Source: Nitrospinales bacterium
GTDB taxonomy: Bacteria; Nitrospinota; Nitrospinia; Nitrospinales; VA-1
NCBI GenBank assembly: GCA_965223795.1
Contig: CBDCXL010000001.1
Span: 576,001 to 640,000 of the forward strand
Direction: 5' to 3'
DNA: 64,000 nt
Part shown: positions 28,255-37,682 of the stretch, in pieces
How positions within the stretch are numbered: position 1 is the stretch's first letter
Layout of the letters: each line of letters starts with the position of its first letter
The notes under the pieces: generated by a model
Seen by the model: only the letters and a program-made list of their open reading frames with translations
Told to the model about the DNA's origin: nothing
The model's database searches: none
Position numbers and translations under genes: made by a program

Positions 28255-28815
28255 TCAGCAGCAGCCGTTTTTGCTCTGGTAGCCGGTGATGCGGCCGCGG
28301 GCGTCGATCTCGTAGGAACAGCACTGAAAAAACAGTTCCCTGAGCAGGGCGCGGCCGCGCTGGACGCGCGACTTCAACGCGGAGTACGAGAGGCCCCACT
28401 GTTCCGCAAGGCGGTTCTGCGGCTGGCCCTGAAGATCGACGGCGGTGACGGCGTCTCGGTACTTGTCCGGCAGCTGCTTTAAAAACGGTTCGAGACAGCC
28501 GGTGAGCTCGGCGCGGATCGAACCGTCTTCCTGGCCGTCGAACGCCAATTCCTCCTGCGTTGCACTGGCACCGGCGGGGTTCACACCGGTTTTGCGGTAA
28601 TGGTCGGTGAGGGCGTTGCGGGCGATCTGAAACAGCCAGGACTGGAGCTTGTCCGTTTCTTTCAACTGCGCCAGGTTCTTGTGCACCTTGATGAGGATTT
28701 CCTGGGCCAGGTCGTCCGCGTCTTCGGGACGGGCGACGCGGGCGCGCAGAAACCGGCGCAGCCGTTCTCCGTATTCGTTCCAGATAGATTCCAGCACCGC
28801 GGAATCGGGTTGCAT
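28255..28815 (-). CDS. sigZ: ECF RNA polymerase sigma factor, SigZ family
   Basis: DADDL.QEI.IK, WLFQIARN...DHYRK, LP.KYR.A....DL.G, S..KSRVQRGR..L......CC....D.RG. Confidence 0.85.
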   Translation of the reverse strand: MQPDSAVLESIWNEYGERLRRFLRARVARPEDADDLAQEILIKVHKNLAQLKETDKLQSWLFQIARNALTDHYRKTGVNPAGASATQEELAFDGQEDGSIRAELTGCLEPFLKQLPDKYRDAVTAVDLQGQPQNRLAEQWGLSYSALKSRVQRGRALLRELFFQCCSYEIDARGRITGYQSKNGCC

Positions 28816-28899
28816 GCGTCTCCGCCCTCTGACCATGAAAGGAAGGGTTCCATTATACAGAAATTGAGGGCAGCCGGGTCGCCGGGAAAACGCCGGATT

Positions 28900-30813
28900 T
28901 TAAAAATAAAAATTGGCGGACAGGATGCCTTCGTCGTTTTCGTCGTAGCGGTTGTATTCGAGACGCACGTCGAAGTTCTGGGAAAGGGAATAGCGCTGGG
29001 CGAAGGTGGCGGCGAACATGTTTTTTTCGTCGCCGAGGAAGTAGTTGCGGTAGGAACCGGCGATCTGCACCTGCCAGTTTTCGGTGAGATCGACGTAACC
29101 GCCGATCTCGAGAACGCCGCCGATGCGGAAACCGTCGTCGAGACGGCTGGAAAAATCCGAGTCGGCGTCGGCGAACGCGTAAAGCAGAAACGGCGAGAAA
29201 AACCGCGGCCGGTAGGAAGCCCCCACGCCGAAGTTCGCCCGGAAGGAATTGCAGTAGGTGCAGTCCAGGTCGCGCAGCGTGTCGACGCCGACGTTCAGCC
29301 GCCAGGAGGGTTTGGGGAATAAAGGATCGATCGGCGAGAGCGACGTGATGCCCAGGATGGTGGCGCGGTCGATCTTAAGACGCTCGCTTTCATTGTAGTA
29401 ACGCACGTTGAAATCGAGCACGCGGATCTCGGAATCCTTGTCGTAACCGGTGGCGTTGGCCAGAAGATCGTGGTAGGCGGGCCGGTAGGAAATCTCCTGA
29501 AACGGTTCGTCATCGTTGTGGCCCACGCCGAAGCGCACGCGGTCGGTGCCGTGCCCCCAGTCTGGGCGCGAGGAAAAGCGGATCGGCTCTTCTTCGGGAG
29601 TCTGGTAGTTGAGGCGGCTGCGCGCCAGAAGCACCGAACGGGGAATGCGCGCGGCGCCGTTTTCCAACTCGTCATCGCGCATGCCTTTGAATTGCAGGTA
29701 ATCGAGATAGCCGTCGAGGATGCGGGCGCGCGATTCAACCTTGCGGCTCTGAAACGCCTGCGACTCGATCCGTTTGGGATCGCGGATGATGCCGCGGAAC
29801 AGGGAGCGCTCTTCCTCGCTCATGCGGAAACGCTTGTGGTTCATCTTGCTCAGCACCGCCGGGCGGTAGACCACATCCTTCACCAGTCCCTTCTGTTCGG
29901 CGATCACTTTGACGGTGTCGGTGGGGATGACGGAAAAAAAGAAGGATTCGCGCAGGTGCAGTTCCGGATTGGCCACTTCCAAAAGCGACAGGATGTGGTA
30001 GGAACAGTTCTCCTGAAAATAATAGTATTCGAAAAACGTCCCGCCCAGTTCCCAAAGATGCAGCAGCAGCATCTCCAGCTGGTCTTCGGTGAAGTTCAGT
30101 TCGTACTCCCACAGATCGCGGCTTTCCCAGTTGTTGTACTCCTGCACCTTCACGTAGTAGGGGAAGATGGCGAAATGCCCCTCGAACAGCCCCACCAGCC
30201 CCTTGAGCGCATACAGGACGGCGTTGTCGGTGTCCGGCTTCGCCGCATAGTTGGCGCCGTAGTTGAGCAGTTTCTGCTTTTTGCCTTTGCTCTTGCTGTC
30301 GATGCGCAGCAGGGTGTGGCCGAACATGGAAGCGGGGTTGCTGAAGTAATACGAGGCGAACACCACCGTCACCCGCTCGGGCTCCAGCGTCTGCATCCAG
30401 CTTCTGAGCCGCTTGCAGGGCTGCACCGGCAGGCGCTGGGGATCGAAGTCGAGCTGTTTGCTCAGCCATTTGAAGCGTGCGGCGAAATTGCACTGGGGAT
30501 GTTCTTTTCGCGCCGGAAGGTCGCCGGGCCGGGTGAAAAAGCTCGCCAGCGTGGCGCGCAGTTCCGCTTCCGGGTCGGTCTTGCCGCGCGGGTGATTGAA
30601 ATAATCCATGCCGTCCGCTTCGCTCTCATAACCGCCGAACAGGGTTTTGCGGTACTTGAGCAGCAGATGCCACATACGCGCCTCGTGTAGCGATTTCTGC
30701 GCGGCGCGTTGCACGAGTTCATCCAGATACGGGGGCGCTTCGGCAGAGAAACCCCGTGCGGGGACAACCCAGAGGAGGATCAATAACAGGCAGGCGAAAC
30801 GGAATGGAACCAC
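28900..30813 (-). CDS. DUF4105 (Lnb N-terminal-like) domain protein with C-terminal outer-membrane beta-barrel-like region
   Basis: NPASMFGHTLLRID, Y...E.RDLWEYELN, YYYFQENCSY; C-terminal Phe; GTG start placed downstream of the hairpin. Confidence 0.82.
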   Translation of the reverse strand: MVPFRFACLLLILLWVVPARGFSAEAPPYLDELVQRAAQKSLHEARMWHLLLKYRKTLFGGYESEADGMDYFNHPRGKTDPEAELRATLASFFTRPGDLPARKEHPQCNFAARFKWLSKQLDFDPQRLPVQPCKRLRSWMQTLEPERVTVVFASYYFSNPASMFGHTLLRIDSKSKGKKQKLLNYGANYAAKPDTDNAVLYALKGLVGLFEGHFAIFPYYVKVQEYNNWESRDLWEYELNFTEDQLEMLLLHLWELGGTFFEYYYFQENCSYHILSLLEVANPELHLRESFFFSVIPTDTVKVIAEQKGLVKDVVYRPAVLSKMNHKRFRMSEEERSLFRGIIRDPKRIESQAFQSRKVESRARILDGYLDYLQFKGMRDDELENGAARIPRSVLLARSRLNYQTPEEEPIRFSSRPDWGHGTDRVRFGVGHNDDEPFQEISYRPAYHDLLANATGYDKDSEIRVLDFNVRYYNESERLKIDRATILGITSLSPIDPLFPKPSWRLNVGVDTLRDLDCTYCNSFRANFGVGASYRPRFFSPFLLYAFADADSDFSSRLDDGFRIGGVLEIGGYVDLTENWQVQIAGSYRNYFLGDEKNMFAATFAQRYSLSQNFDVRLEYNRYDENDEGILSANFYF

Positions 30814-30832
30814 GGGATTTTGAGGGCAAAAA

Positions 30833-30872
30833 AAAAAGGATACTGGTGAGAAAGTCACCAGTATCCTTTTTT
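30833..30872. terminator. Strong terminator hairpin between DUF3015 and DUF4105 genes
   Basis: AAAAAAGGATACTGGTGA-GAAAG-TCACCAGTATCCTTTTTT. Confidence 0.85.
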
Positions 30873-30886
30873 AAAGAACAAAACAG

Positions 30887-31390
30887 TCACTGCAACACAA
30901 CGTGGCAGGATTTGGACAGTTTCGGATGGTACATCAGTTCCTCTTCCAGCAGCGTCAGCATCTCGCCGGAGGTGGTGTCGTCGCTTTTCACCAGAATGTC
31001 GAACTTGTCCTGCACCAGAGCGCCGAACTCAGAATGGGCATTGGCGTTACAGCCGTAGAGGCTTGCCAGCGTGATCAGGTTTTCGCCCTCGCCCATCGCC
31101 ATTTCCTTCACCAGACTGGAATAATTCTGCTCGGCAAAAATTTCGCGCTCCTTGCTCAGATTCAGCAGACCGTGGTCGCCGCAATTGGACGTGCCGGAGG
31201 TGATGCCGAACGTCTGGGAACCGAACGTGCCGTTGGTGGTGGCTGCCAGAATCTGCTGTCCACCCGGCTTGGCCCCGAATGCCAGGTTGCCGAGCCCGCA
31301 GCCGGCGGCGCCGTAGCCTGCGGCCATCACTGTCATCGGTATGGATAAAACGAATGCGGCAACTGCGGTCAATACGAGGATTTTCTTCAT
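30887..31390 (-). CDS. DUF3015-family secreted protein
   Basis: GCGLG, LAATTNGTFG.QTFGITSGTS.C, L..EMA.GEGE.L.TLA.L.GC. Confidence 0.9.
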   Translation of the reverse strand: MKKILVLTAVAAFVLSIPMTVMAAGYGAAGCGLGNLAFGAKPGGQQILAATTNGTFGSQTFGITSGTSNCGDHGLLNLSKEREIFAEQNYSSLVKEMAMGEGENLITLASLYGCNANAHSEFGALVQDKFDILVKSDDTTSGEMLTLLEEELMYHPKLSKSCHVVLQ

Positions 31391-31941
31391 AAACCTTCTC
31401 CTTTCAGGTTTCCGGCCTCACCTTGAAGAGAGACATCAAGGTAAAACGCTTCAGGTCCTAATTTTTAATTTTTGACTCCACTCCCTATAAATTTCAACAA
31501 ACTGGAAATAAATTTTGCTTATTTTATCAAAATTATCTTCGGAAAATCAATACTTTTTCAGCTAAAACCGGGTATTTGTGTCCATGGGTTTCAAGTGTGT
31601 GCATGAAGGTCGGCGGCGCTTCCGTCTGACCGGTACAGCCAAGTCCGTAATTCACCGTAGAAACGCCGATCGAAGGGAACCGTGTGTGGATCGTGGCGAT
31701 GCCTGCTTCCGGAATCCTCATAGCAGATCCTAATCTAATAGATCGGACGCAATCCGGATTTCTTGAGTGACGCCATGAAGATTTACCATTCAAAAACCGG
31801 ACGCCCCGGCAGAGCGTGCGCCACGCATTCAAAAATGTCGCCAATATCGGCATACGGAGCGGATCATCTGCTAGACTTTCGACACCGGTTTTTTGGAGGC
31901 GAATTTTTTTTAAACATGAATTTGCCCAGGAGTCGAGGATC

Positions 31942-33120
31942 ATGAACCGCAACCGTTGGATCGGGCGTTTCTCGCAAGTGGCAGGAGCCTTCGCAGCGCT
32001 GCTCCTGACCGTCAATCCCGTATCAGCGAGCAATCCGGAACACAAACTGTTCAAGGCCGTGCAGGCCTACGAGGCGGAGGATTACAAAACCGCTTTCGGC
32101 ATCTATGAAGAACTCGCCGGATTGGACAACGCCAAAGCGCAGTTCAATCTGGGAATCATGTTCGCCAAGGGCCAGGGCGTGCCCACGGACTACCCGTCGG
32201 CGGTGAAATGGTACGAAAAAGCCGCCGAGAAGGGCATCGCCCGCGCTCAGAGCAACCTGGGCGTCATGTACCTCAAGGGCCTGGGCGTGTCCCAGGATTA
32301 CCACAAAGCGCTGATTTGGTTTCAGCGGGCCGCCGAACAGGGCCGTCCCACGGCGCAGTTCAACCTGGCGTCGCTGTACGCCAACGGCCAGGGCGTCAAC
32401 CGCAATCCCGACGAAGCGGTGCACTGGTACCGCAAAGCCGCCGAACAGGGTTTCGTCACCGCGCAGACCACGCTGGGCACTCTCTACGCCAAGGGCGAAC
32501 TGATCCCCCGCGATTACAAACAGGCGGCGCACTGGTTTCAGCAGGCGGCGCAGCATGGGGATCCCAGGGCGCAGCTGAGCCTGGGCTACCTGCACGATCA
32601 GGGTCTGGGCCTGCCGCAGAGCCACAAGGAAGCGCTCAAGTGGTATGAGATTGCCGCCAAACAGGGTCTCGCCCTGGCGCAAAGCAACCTCGGCTCGATG
32701 TACGGCAAGGGCGAGGGTGTGCCGCAGGATCACAAAAAGGCGGCGTACTGGTATCTCAATGCCGCCAGGCAGGGCGACGCGCGGGCGCAGTTCAACCTGG
32801 GCGTGCTGTTCCAGGAGGGCCTGGGCGTGGCCAAAAACGACAGCCAGGCGATCCGCTGGTACCGCATGGCGGCGGAACAGGGCAATCCCTCCGCCCAGTA
32901 CAATCTGGCCAATCTCTACGCGACGCCGGAAGGCGTTCCGGAGGATTATGTGCAGGCGCACATGTGGTACCACCTGGCCGCATCGAAATTCGAAACCGAG
33001 AAAGACCGCAGCCTGGCCGCGAAAAACCGCGACAAACTGGCGGCGAAGATGACCGCGGATCAGCTCACCGAAGCGCAGAAACGCGCGCGCGAATGGAAAC
33101 AGAAAACCCGCAAGAAGTGA
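31942..33120 (+). CDS. Secreted Sel1-like repeat protein (8 repeats)
   Basis: 36-aa Sel1 repeats; signal peptide; RBS GAGG. Confidence 0.94.
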   Translation: MNRNRWIGRFSQVAGAFAALLLTVNPVSASNPEHKLFKAVQAYEAEDYKTAFGIYEELAGLDNAKAQFNLGIMFAKGQGVPTDYPSAVKWYEKAAEKGIARAQSNLGVMYLKGLGVSQDYHKALIWFQRAAEQGRPTAQFNLASLYANGQGVNRNPDEAVHWYRKAAEQGFVTAQTTLGTLYAKGELIPRDYKQAAHWFQQAAQHGDPRAQLSLGYLHDQGLGLPQSHKEALKWYEIAAKQGLALAQSNLGSMYGKGEGVPQDHKKAAYWYLNAARQGDARAQFNLGVLFQEGLGVAKNDSQAIRWYRMAAEQGNPSAQYNLANLYATPEGVPEDYVQAHMWYHLAASKFETEKDRSLAAKNRDKLAAKMTADQLTEAQKRAREWKQKTRKK

Positions 33121-33139
33121 CCGGACTTCTTTCGCGCAT

Positions 33140-33169
33140 AAAAAAACCGGGCCCGCAAGCCCGGTTTTT
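33140..33169. terminator. Bidirectional terminator
   Basis: AAAAAAACCGGGC-CCGCAA-GCCCGGTTTTT. Confidence 0.8.
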
Positions 33170-33209
33170 CTTTGTCTGAATTCAGAACGCGGCCCAGGGC
33201 CGGCGGTAT

Positions 33210-33620
33210 TCAGGGAAACGGAATGTGCACGTTGATCCCGACATCCACCTCCCCTTCCACTTTACGTTCTTCGCTCCGCCTGGGAACCCGTTTGTGCTCG
33301 TATTCCCGGTATTCCCTGCTGTGCGTGTGTGTCGATTTCCGGTAGGCGTGCTGATTGCATTTTTTCGCCCACCCCGGAGGCACCTTGCCCTGTTTCGCAA
33401 GTCCGGGCGGCAGGTCGCAGCCTGCATCGGAGGACTGGCTTTCGCGGATGTCGTCGCGCCAATCCTTTTTGTATTCACTCCTCTCTTCCACCCATTCCTT
33501 GTATTCCTTTTTCTTCCATTTCCCCTTGCCTTTTCCGCCAGCGGCCGCGCTGCCCGCCAACAGGGAAACGGCGAACAGGGAAGCAACGATCGCCACGCAC
33601 CCCTTCTTGAATTTCGTCAT
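33210..33620 (-). CDS. Secreted low-complexity protein with LPPGLAK..VPPGWAKK motif
   Basis: Signal peptide; motif reminiscent of CigR/RcnB-like periplasmic proteins. Confidence 0.7.
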   Translation of the reverse strand: MTKFKKGCVAIVASLFAVSLLAGSAAAGGKGKGKWKKKEYKEWVEERSEYKKDWRDDIRESQSSDAGCDLPPGLAKQGKVPPGWAKKCNQHAYRKSTHTHSREYREYEHKRVPRRSEERKVEGEVDVGINVHIPFP

Positions 33621-33741
33621 GAACCGCTCCTGAATTGGGTTTGAACCTCCAGGGACAACGTGCGGCGTGGAACCCGGCCATAGCCATGATCCGCGCCAAT
33701 CGCTCACGAAATTTCCCTGTTAAAGTGATCGTTCTGAAATG

Positions 33742-33757
33742 TGCAAAACAAGTACCA
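33742..33757 (-). promoter_or_regulatory. Sigma54 -24/-12 promoter
   Basis: Minus strand TGGTACTTGTTTTGCA (GG-N10-GC). Confidence 0.6.
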
Positions 33758-34006
33758 ATTCCGGGAGCTTGAAATACCGCCGGTTATGCAAGAGCGAGCA
33801 GTCTGCCGGCGCGAAAATTTACGAATTTTCAGACAGGCTGGCAATTTCGTTCGCATCCGGGAATCTCCGGTTTTACATACCCGCCTCTCCTTGAAGCCGC
33901 ACGCCGCGTTCCGCGTTCATTGGGAATGTTCAGTTTTTCATAACTTCCGGCCTTAAACCCACCTCATGCCCCGGCGCCAGGACGCGGTTTTTCAAGGGTC
34001 GGTGTT

Positions 34007-34022
34007 TGGCATAGCGCTTGCT
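34007..34022 (+). promoter_or_regulatory. Sigma54 -24/-12 promoter
   Basis: TGGCATAGCGCTTGCT (GG-N10-GC). Confidence 0.65.
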
Positions 34023-34104
34023 TTTTGTTTACCGACTCCTGACAACACAAACTACCTGCGCCCCTTCCCGCCCCCGGGCGGGTCGGCGGTGCGGACCGGA
34101 CGCC

Positions 34105-35994
34105 ATGACCCAAGCCGCGGTTGCCAACAGCACGACGCAAAGGCGGGAGCGCTACGAGTCTCTGGTGCAGGAGGCGGAAGCGCATCTGAAGCGCAATCCC
34201 GAAGGATACCCGCTGAGGCTGTCGCTCCTGACAGGACTGGGGTACGGCTATTTTTACGGCGTGCTGCTGTCGCTGATCCCGCTTGCCGTGGGCCTGCTGT
34301 ACGGGGCGTACCGCACCGATTCCATCCTGCTGGTGTTGGCCGCTTCCCTGCCCGCTGTCTGGCTGACTGCTTTTTCTCTGGCGATGTTCAACGCGCTGCG
34401 CGGCGATTCCACGGCTCAGGTGGGACACCGCATCCGCGCCAAAGAATGCCCGCAGCTTTTCGCTGAACTGCGTCACCTGCGCGCCCGGTTGAACAGCCCG
34501 CCCATCCATCGCGTCCTGGTGACACAGGGATTCAACGCCTACATGGATCAGGCGCCGCTGCTCGGCGTGTTCGGCCGCTACCGGAGCACGCTGCTGTTGG
34601 GTCTGCCGCTGATGCTGAGTCTCACGCCGGAAGGATTCCGTTCGGTGCTGGCGCACGAGCTCGGCCACCTGGCGGGGCGTCACTGCCGGTTCGGCGCGTG
34701 GGTCCGCAGGGTGCGCACATGCTGGATCCTGTCCATGCCGGTCGTCGAGCGCGCCGGACCCGCCGGGGAATGGCTGTTCCGGCGTTTTTTCGACTGGCAC
34801 GACCCGATCCTGCAGGCCTATTTTTCCGTGTTCGTGCGCGTCAACGAACACCAGGCCGACGCGATGGCCGCCCGCGTCACGTCCCGCCGCACGTTCGCGG
34901 AAACGCTCGCCGAGGTTCAGGTTTCCGAGCAGCTGTTGAACGATCGCTTCTGGGACCGGCTCACGGAGCAGTGCGAGACGACTCCCGTAGTGAACCGGAA
35001 GGTGTATACGGAACTGCATGACTTCATCCGCTCGCGCCCGTTTTCAGAAGAAGAGCGGCAGCGCTGCCTGAGTGAACAGCTGGAATCGAAAACCGACCGG
35101 GAAGGAACGCACCCTTCGCTTCAGGAAAGGCTCAAACCGCTGGTCGAGAGGGTCACTCTGCCGGAAGCTCCCCGGCAAAACGCGGCCGAAGCGTTTCTCG
35201 GAGAGCAGCTCGCCGTCGTGCTCCAGGAGCTCGACCGGCAATGGGCGGAAGAAAACGCAGCGGCCTGGAAAGAGCGCCACACCTATGTGCGGCAGGGTAA
35301 AGAAGCGTTGCAGAGGCTGGAAGAAAAACACAGGGCGGGAGAAATGACGCCCGGCGAGCTGTGGGATCTCGCCGCGTGGACGGAACAGCTCAAACCGCAG
35401 ACCGATCCCTTGCCGCTGTACCGCATGGCCTGGAGCAAGAACCGCGAGGACCCCGAAGCCGCCTACGCCGTGGGACGGCTGCTCCTGGAACGCAGGGACG
35501 CGTCGGGAGTCGGGTTCCTCGAATCCGTCATCGAAAACCACCCCCGGCTGGCGGTCCCGGCCTGCGAGCTGGCGCGCGATTATTTCCTGGCGCGCGGCGA
35601 TGACACGGCGGCACAGCAATACCGGCTGCGCGCGGAGACGTTCATGGACGTGGAGGCCCAGGCGGAAGCGGAACGCGCGGCGTTGACCGCGGCGGACGCC
35701 TACCTGGCACACGGGCTGGAACGCGAAAGCCTGGAAGCGATCCGCGAGCAGCTTGAAAAATTCGAAAACATCCGCCACGTCTGGATCTGCCGCAAACAGG
35801 TGGCGCACTTCCCGGACGAGCCGATGTACGTTCTGATCTATCAGAAAAAAGGCTGGTTCACCTGCGAGGACCCACTGGGCGAAGCGGTGATCGAGCAGCT
35901 CGAACTGCCGGGAGAGTATTTTCTCATCTGCAAAAACGGCGACGCCCGCTCCCTCGCCAAGAAAGCCCTAAAAGTGGCGGAGAGGATTTTTTAA
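34105..35994 (+). CDS. M48 (HtpX/Ste24-like) membrane zinc metallopeptidase with TPR-like C-terminus
   Basis: FNA, L.LGLPL, VLAHELGH (HExxH), E..AD, THPSL.ERL. Confidence 0.9.
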   Translation: MTQAAVANSTTQRRERYESLVQEAEAHLKRNPEGYPLRLSLLTGLGYGYFYGVLLSLIPLAVGLLYGAYRTDSILLVLAASLPAVWLTAFSLAMFNALRGDSTAQVGHRIRAKECPQLFAELRHLRARLNSPPIHRVLVTQGFNAYMDQAPLLGVFGRYRSTLLLGLPLMLSLTPEGFRSVLAHELGHLAGRHCRFGAWVRRVRTCWILSMPVVERAGPAGEWLFRRFFDWHDPILQAYFSVFVRVNEHQADAMAARVTSRRTFAETLAEVQVSEQLLNDRFWDRLTEQCETTPVVNRKVYTELHDFIRSRPFSEEERQRCLSEQLESKTDREGTHPSLQERLKPLVERVTLPEAPRQNAAEAFLGEQLAVVLQELDRQWAEENAAAWKERHTYVRQGKEALQRLEEKHRAGEMTPGELWDLAAWTEQLKPQTDPLPLYRMAWSKNREDPEAAYAVGRLLLERRDASGVGFLESVIENHPRLAVPACELARDYFLARGDDTAAQQYRLRAETFMDVEAQAEAERAALTAADAYLAHGLERESLEAIREQLEKFENIRHVWICRKQVAHFPDEPMYVLIYQKKGWFTCEDPLGEAVIEQLELPGEYFLICKNGDARSLAKKALKVAERIF

Positions 35995-36003
35995 ACTCAA
36001 CCC

Positions 36004-36713
36004 TCAACGGGAATCGATTCCGTTTTGCAATGCACGCAGTTTCGGGATCGTTTCGAGGATGTCGTGTTTGCCGAGTGATTCGGCGAGGGAGGCGGCTTCC
36101 TTGAGCAAGGCGTCCATCCCGGTTTCCCGGCCGGTGAACAGGTACAGCGGAGCCAGCGAGAACAGGGGCTGCAGCAATTTCAGGGGATCGTTCTGCTCGC
36201 GCGCCAGGCGGATGCGGTTTTCGAGTATGCTCACGCCGCGTTCCATCGCTTCCCTGAGGGGACGGTATTCCCCGTTTTTAATATTTCTTAAGGTTCTCCA
36301 TCCGCGTTTTCCTTGAGTTTGAGCGCCGCCCGGAATCCCGCGAGTCCTTCCTGCCACTGGCATTTGCGCCAATGGGTGACGGCAACCAGCGTGCGCAGCC
36401 GGTATTCGCCTTCCGCGTCCGGCGCGTCGGCGAGCCGGTTCAGCGCCTGCTCGAATTGCACCAGCGCTTTTTTGAGCTGAGCCATCTCCCAGTAGACGCA
36501 GCCCAGCCGGGCGTGCAGCACCGCCGCCTCCTGCGGACCGGCATCGTTTCTGAGTTTCACTGCCTGGGAGAGCATCGCCGCGGCTTTGGGCAAACGGCGG
36601 ATTGCCTGATAGTGCCCACCCAGATCCATCAGCACCCGCGCTTCCGCTTCGGCGTCGCCGAGTTCGCGGGCGTTTTTCAGACTTTCTTCCAGTTGCGCCA
36701 GATTTGTACCCAT
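36004..36713 (-). pseudogene. Frameshifted tetratricopeptide-repeat protein gene
   Basis: TPR-like frame ends ADGEP* at 36288; second frame continues GEYRPLREAMERG...IPKLRAL to 36004; AT-rich 17-nt patch at the junction. Confidence 0.7.
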
Positions 36714-36807
36714 GCTTTCCCCGTATTTCGTTTGCCACCAGCCGTTTGCCGTTGCCCCGGCCTGTGCTATCCTTTGCAGATCGCAGACACCCATTATGGA
36801 GGCTTTC

Positions 36808-37125
36808 ATGCCCTCGTTTCAAGAGATAGACATCCGCAGAACCAGGGAAATGCTGGACAACGACGCCGCCAACGTGGTGGACATCCGCGACCCCGGCTCC
36901 TACCAGAGCGGACACCTGCCGGACGCGGTGTCGGTGAACGACGGCAACGTGCAGGATTTCACGAACAGCACCGACAAGGACAAGCCGTTGATCGTGTACT
37001 GCTACCACGGGATTTCCAGCCAGGGCGCGGCGGCTTATTTTTCGGAGCAGGGGTTCAAGGAGGTGTACAGTATGATGGGCGGCTACGAAGCCTGGCGTTC
37101 GGCCTACGCGCCGGAGGATTCCTGA
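36808..37125 (+). CDS. glpE: Thiosulfate sulfurtransferase GlpE
   Basis: VDIRD..SY..GH, active-site YCYHGISSQGAA, GF.EVYS..GGYEAW. Confidence 0.92.
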   Translation: MPSFQEIDIRRTREMLDNDAANVVDIRDPGSYQSGHLPDAVSVNDGNVQDFTNSTDKDKPLIVYCYHGISSQGAAAYFSEQGFKEVYSMMGGYEAWRSAYAPEDS

Positions 37126-37159
37126 AGCGCCGCCGTTTCGGAAACGGTGCGGACGCGAA

Positions 37160-37543
37160 TCAGCCCGTCTGGTTTTCGTACCGCTTTTCCAGGTCCTTCA
37201 TGGAGAGCACGCCCACGATTTTGTTTTCGTGGGTCACGGCGACGTGGCGGAACCCTTTCTTCTTCATGAGAATGCTCGCTTTCGTCAGCGGTTCGTCCCT
37301 GCCGATGACGATGAGCCTGCGGGTCATGATGCTTTCCACGGTGAAGGATCTGGGATCGCCCTCCCCGTCCAGCACTTTCTGGCGCCAGTCGGTTTTGGTG
37401 ACGATGCCGACGCACTTTCCTTCATGCATCACCAGCAGCGCGCCCACACCGTATTTGAACATGTCCTGAACGGCATCGTGCGCCAGGGCATCGGCGCCGA
37501 TGGTGAGCGCGGGGGCGCTCATGCAATCGCCTACTTTCTGCAT
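37160..37543 (-). CDS. CBS-domain pair protein
   Basis: V.D.M.....TI..D, GALLV, VGIVT..D, V..IMT, M.....RH..V, VGVLS.KDL. Confidence 0.88.
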   Translation of the reverse strand: MQKVGDCMSAPALTIGADALAHDAVQDMFKYGVGALLVMHEGKCVGIVTKTDWRQKVLDGEGDPRSFTVESIMTRRLIVIGRDEPLTKASILMKKKGFRHVAVTHENKIVGVLSMKDLEKRYENQTG

Positions 37544-37682
37544 CCTGCCAGTCTCTCCATGCTCATTCTCAAGTTCGGGAAATCCACATGCCCGTTTGGT
37601 CGCATCGAGAGTATAGTCGATTTTGGCGTCCGGAGGAAGGGCCTGGAACGCTGCAACCGGCCGGGGAGGCCCTGAAATGCAC

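Noticed and set aside
31533..31941. 173-aa minus ORF and the 5' extension of the Sel1 ORF from 31816
   Set aside because: Atypical composition; a better RBS and signal peptide support the start at 31942
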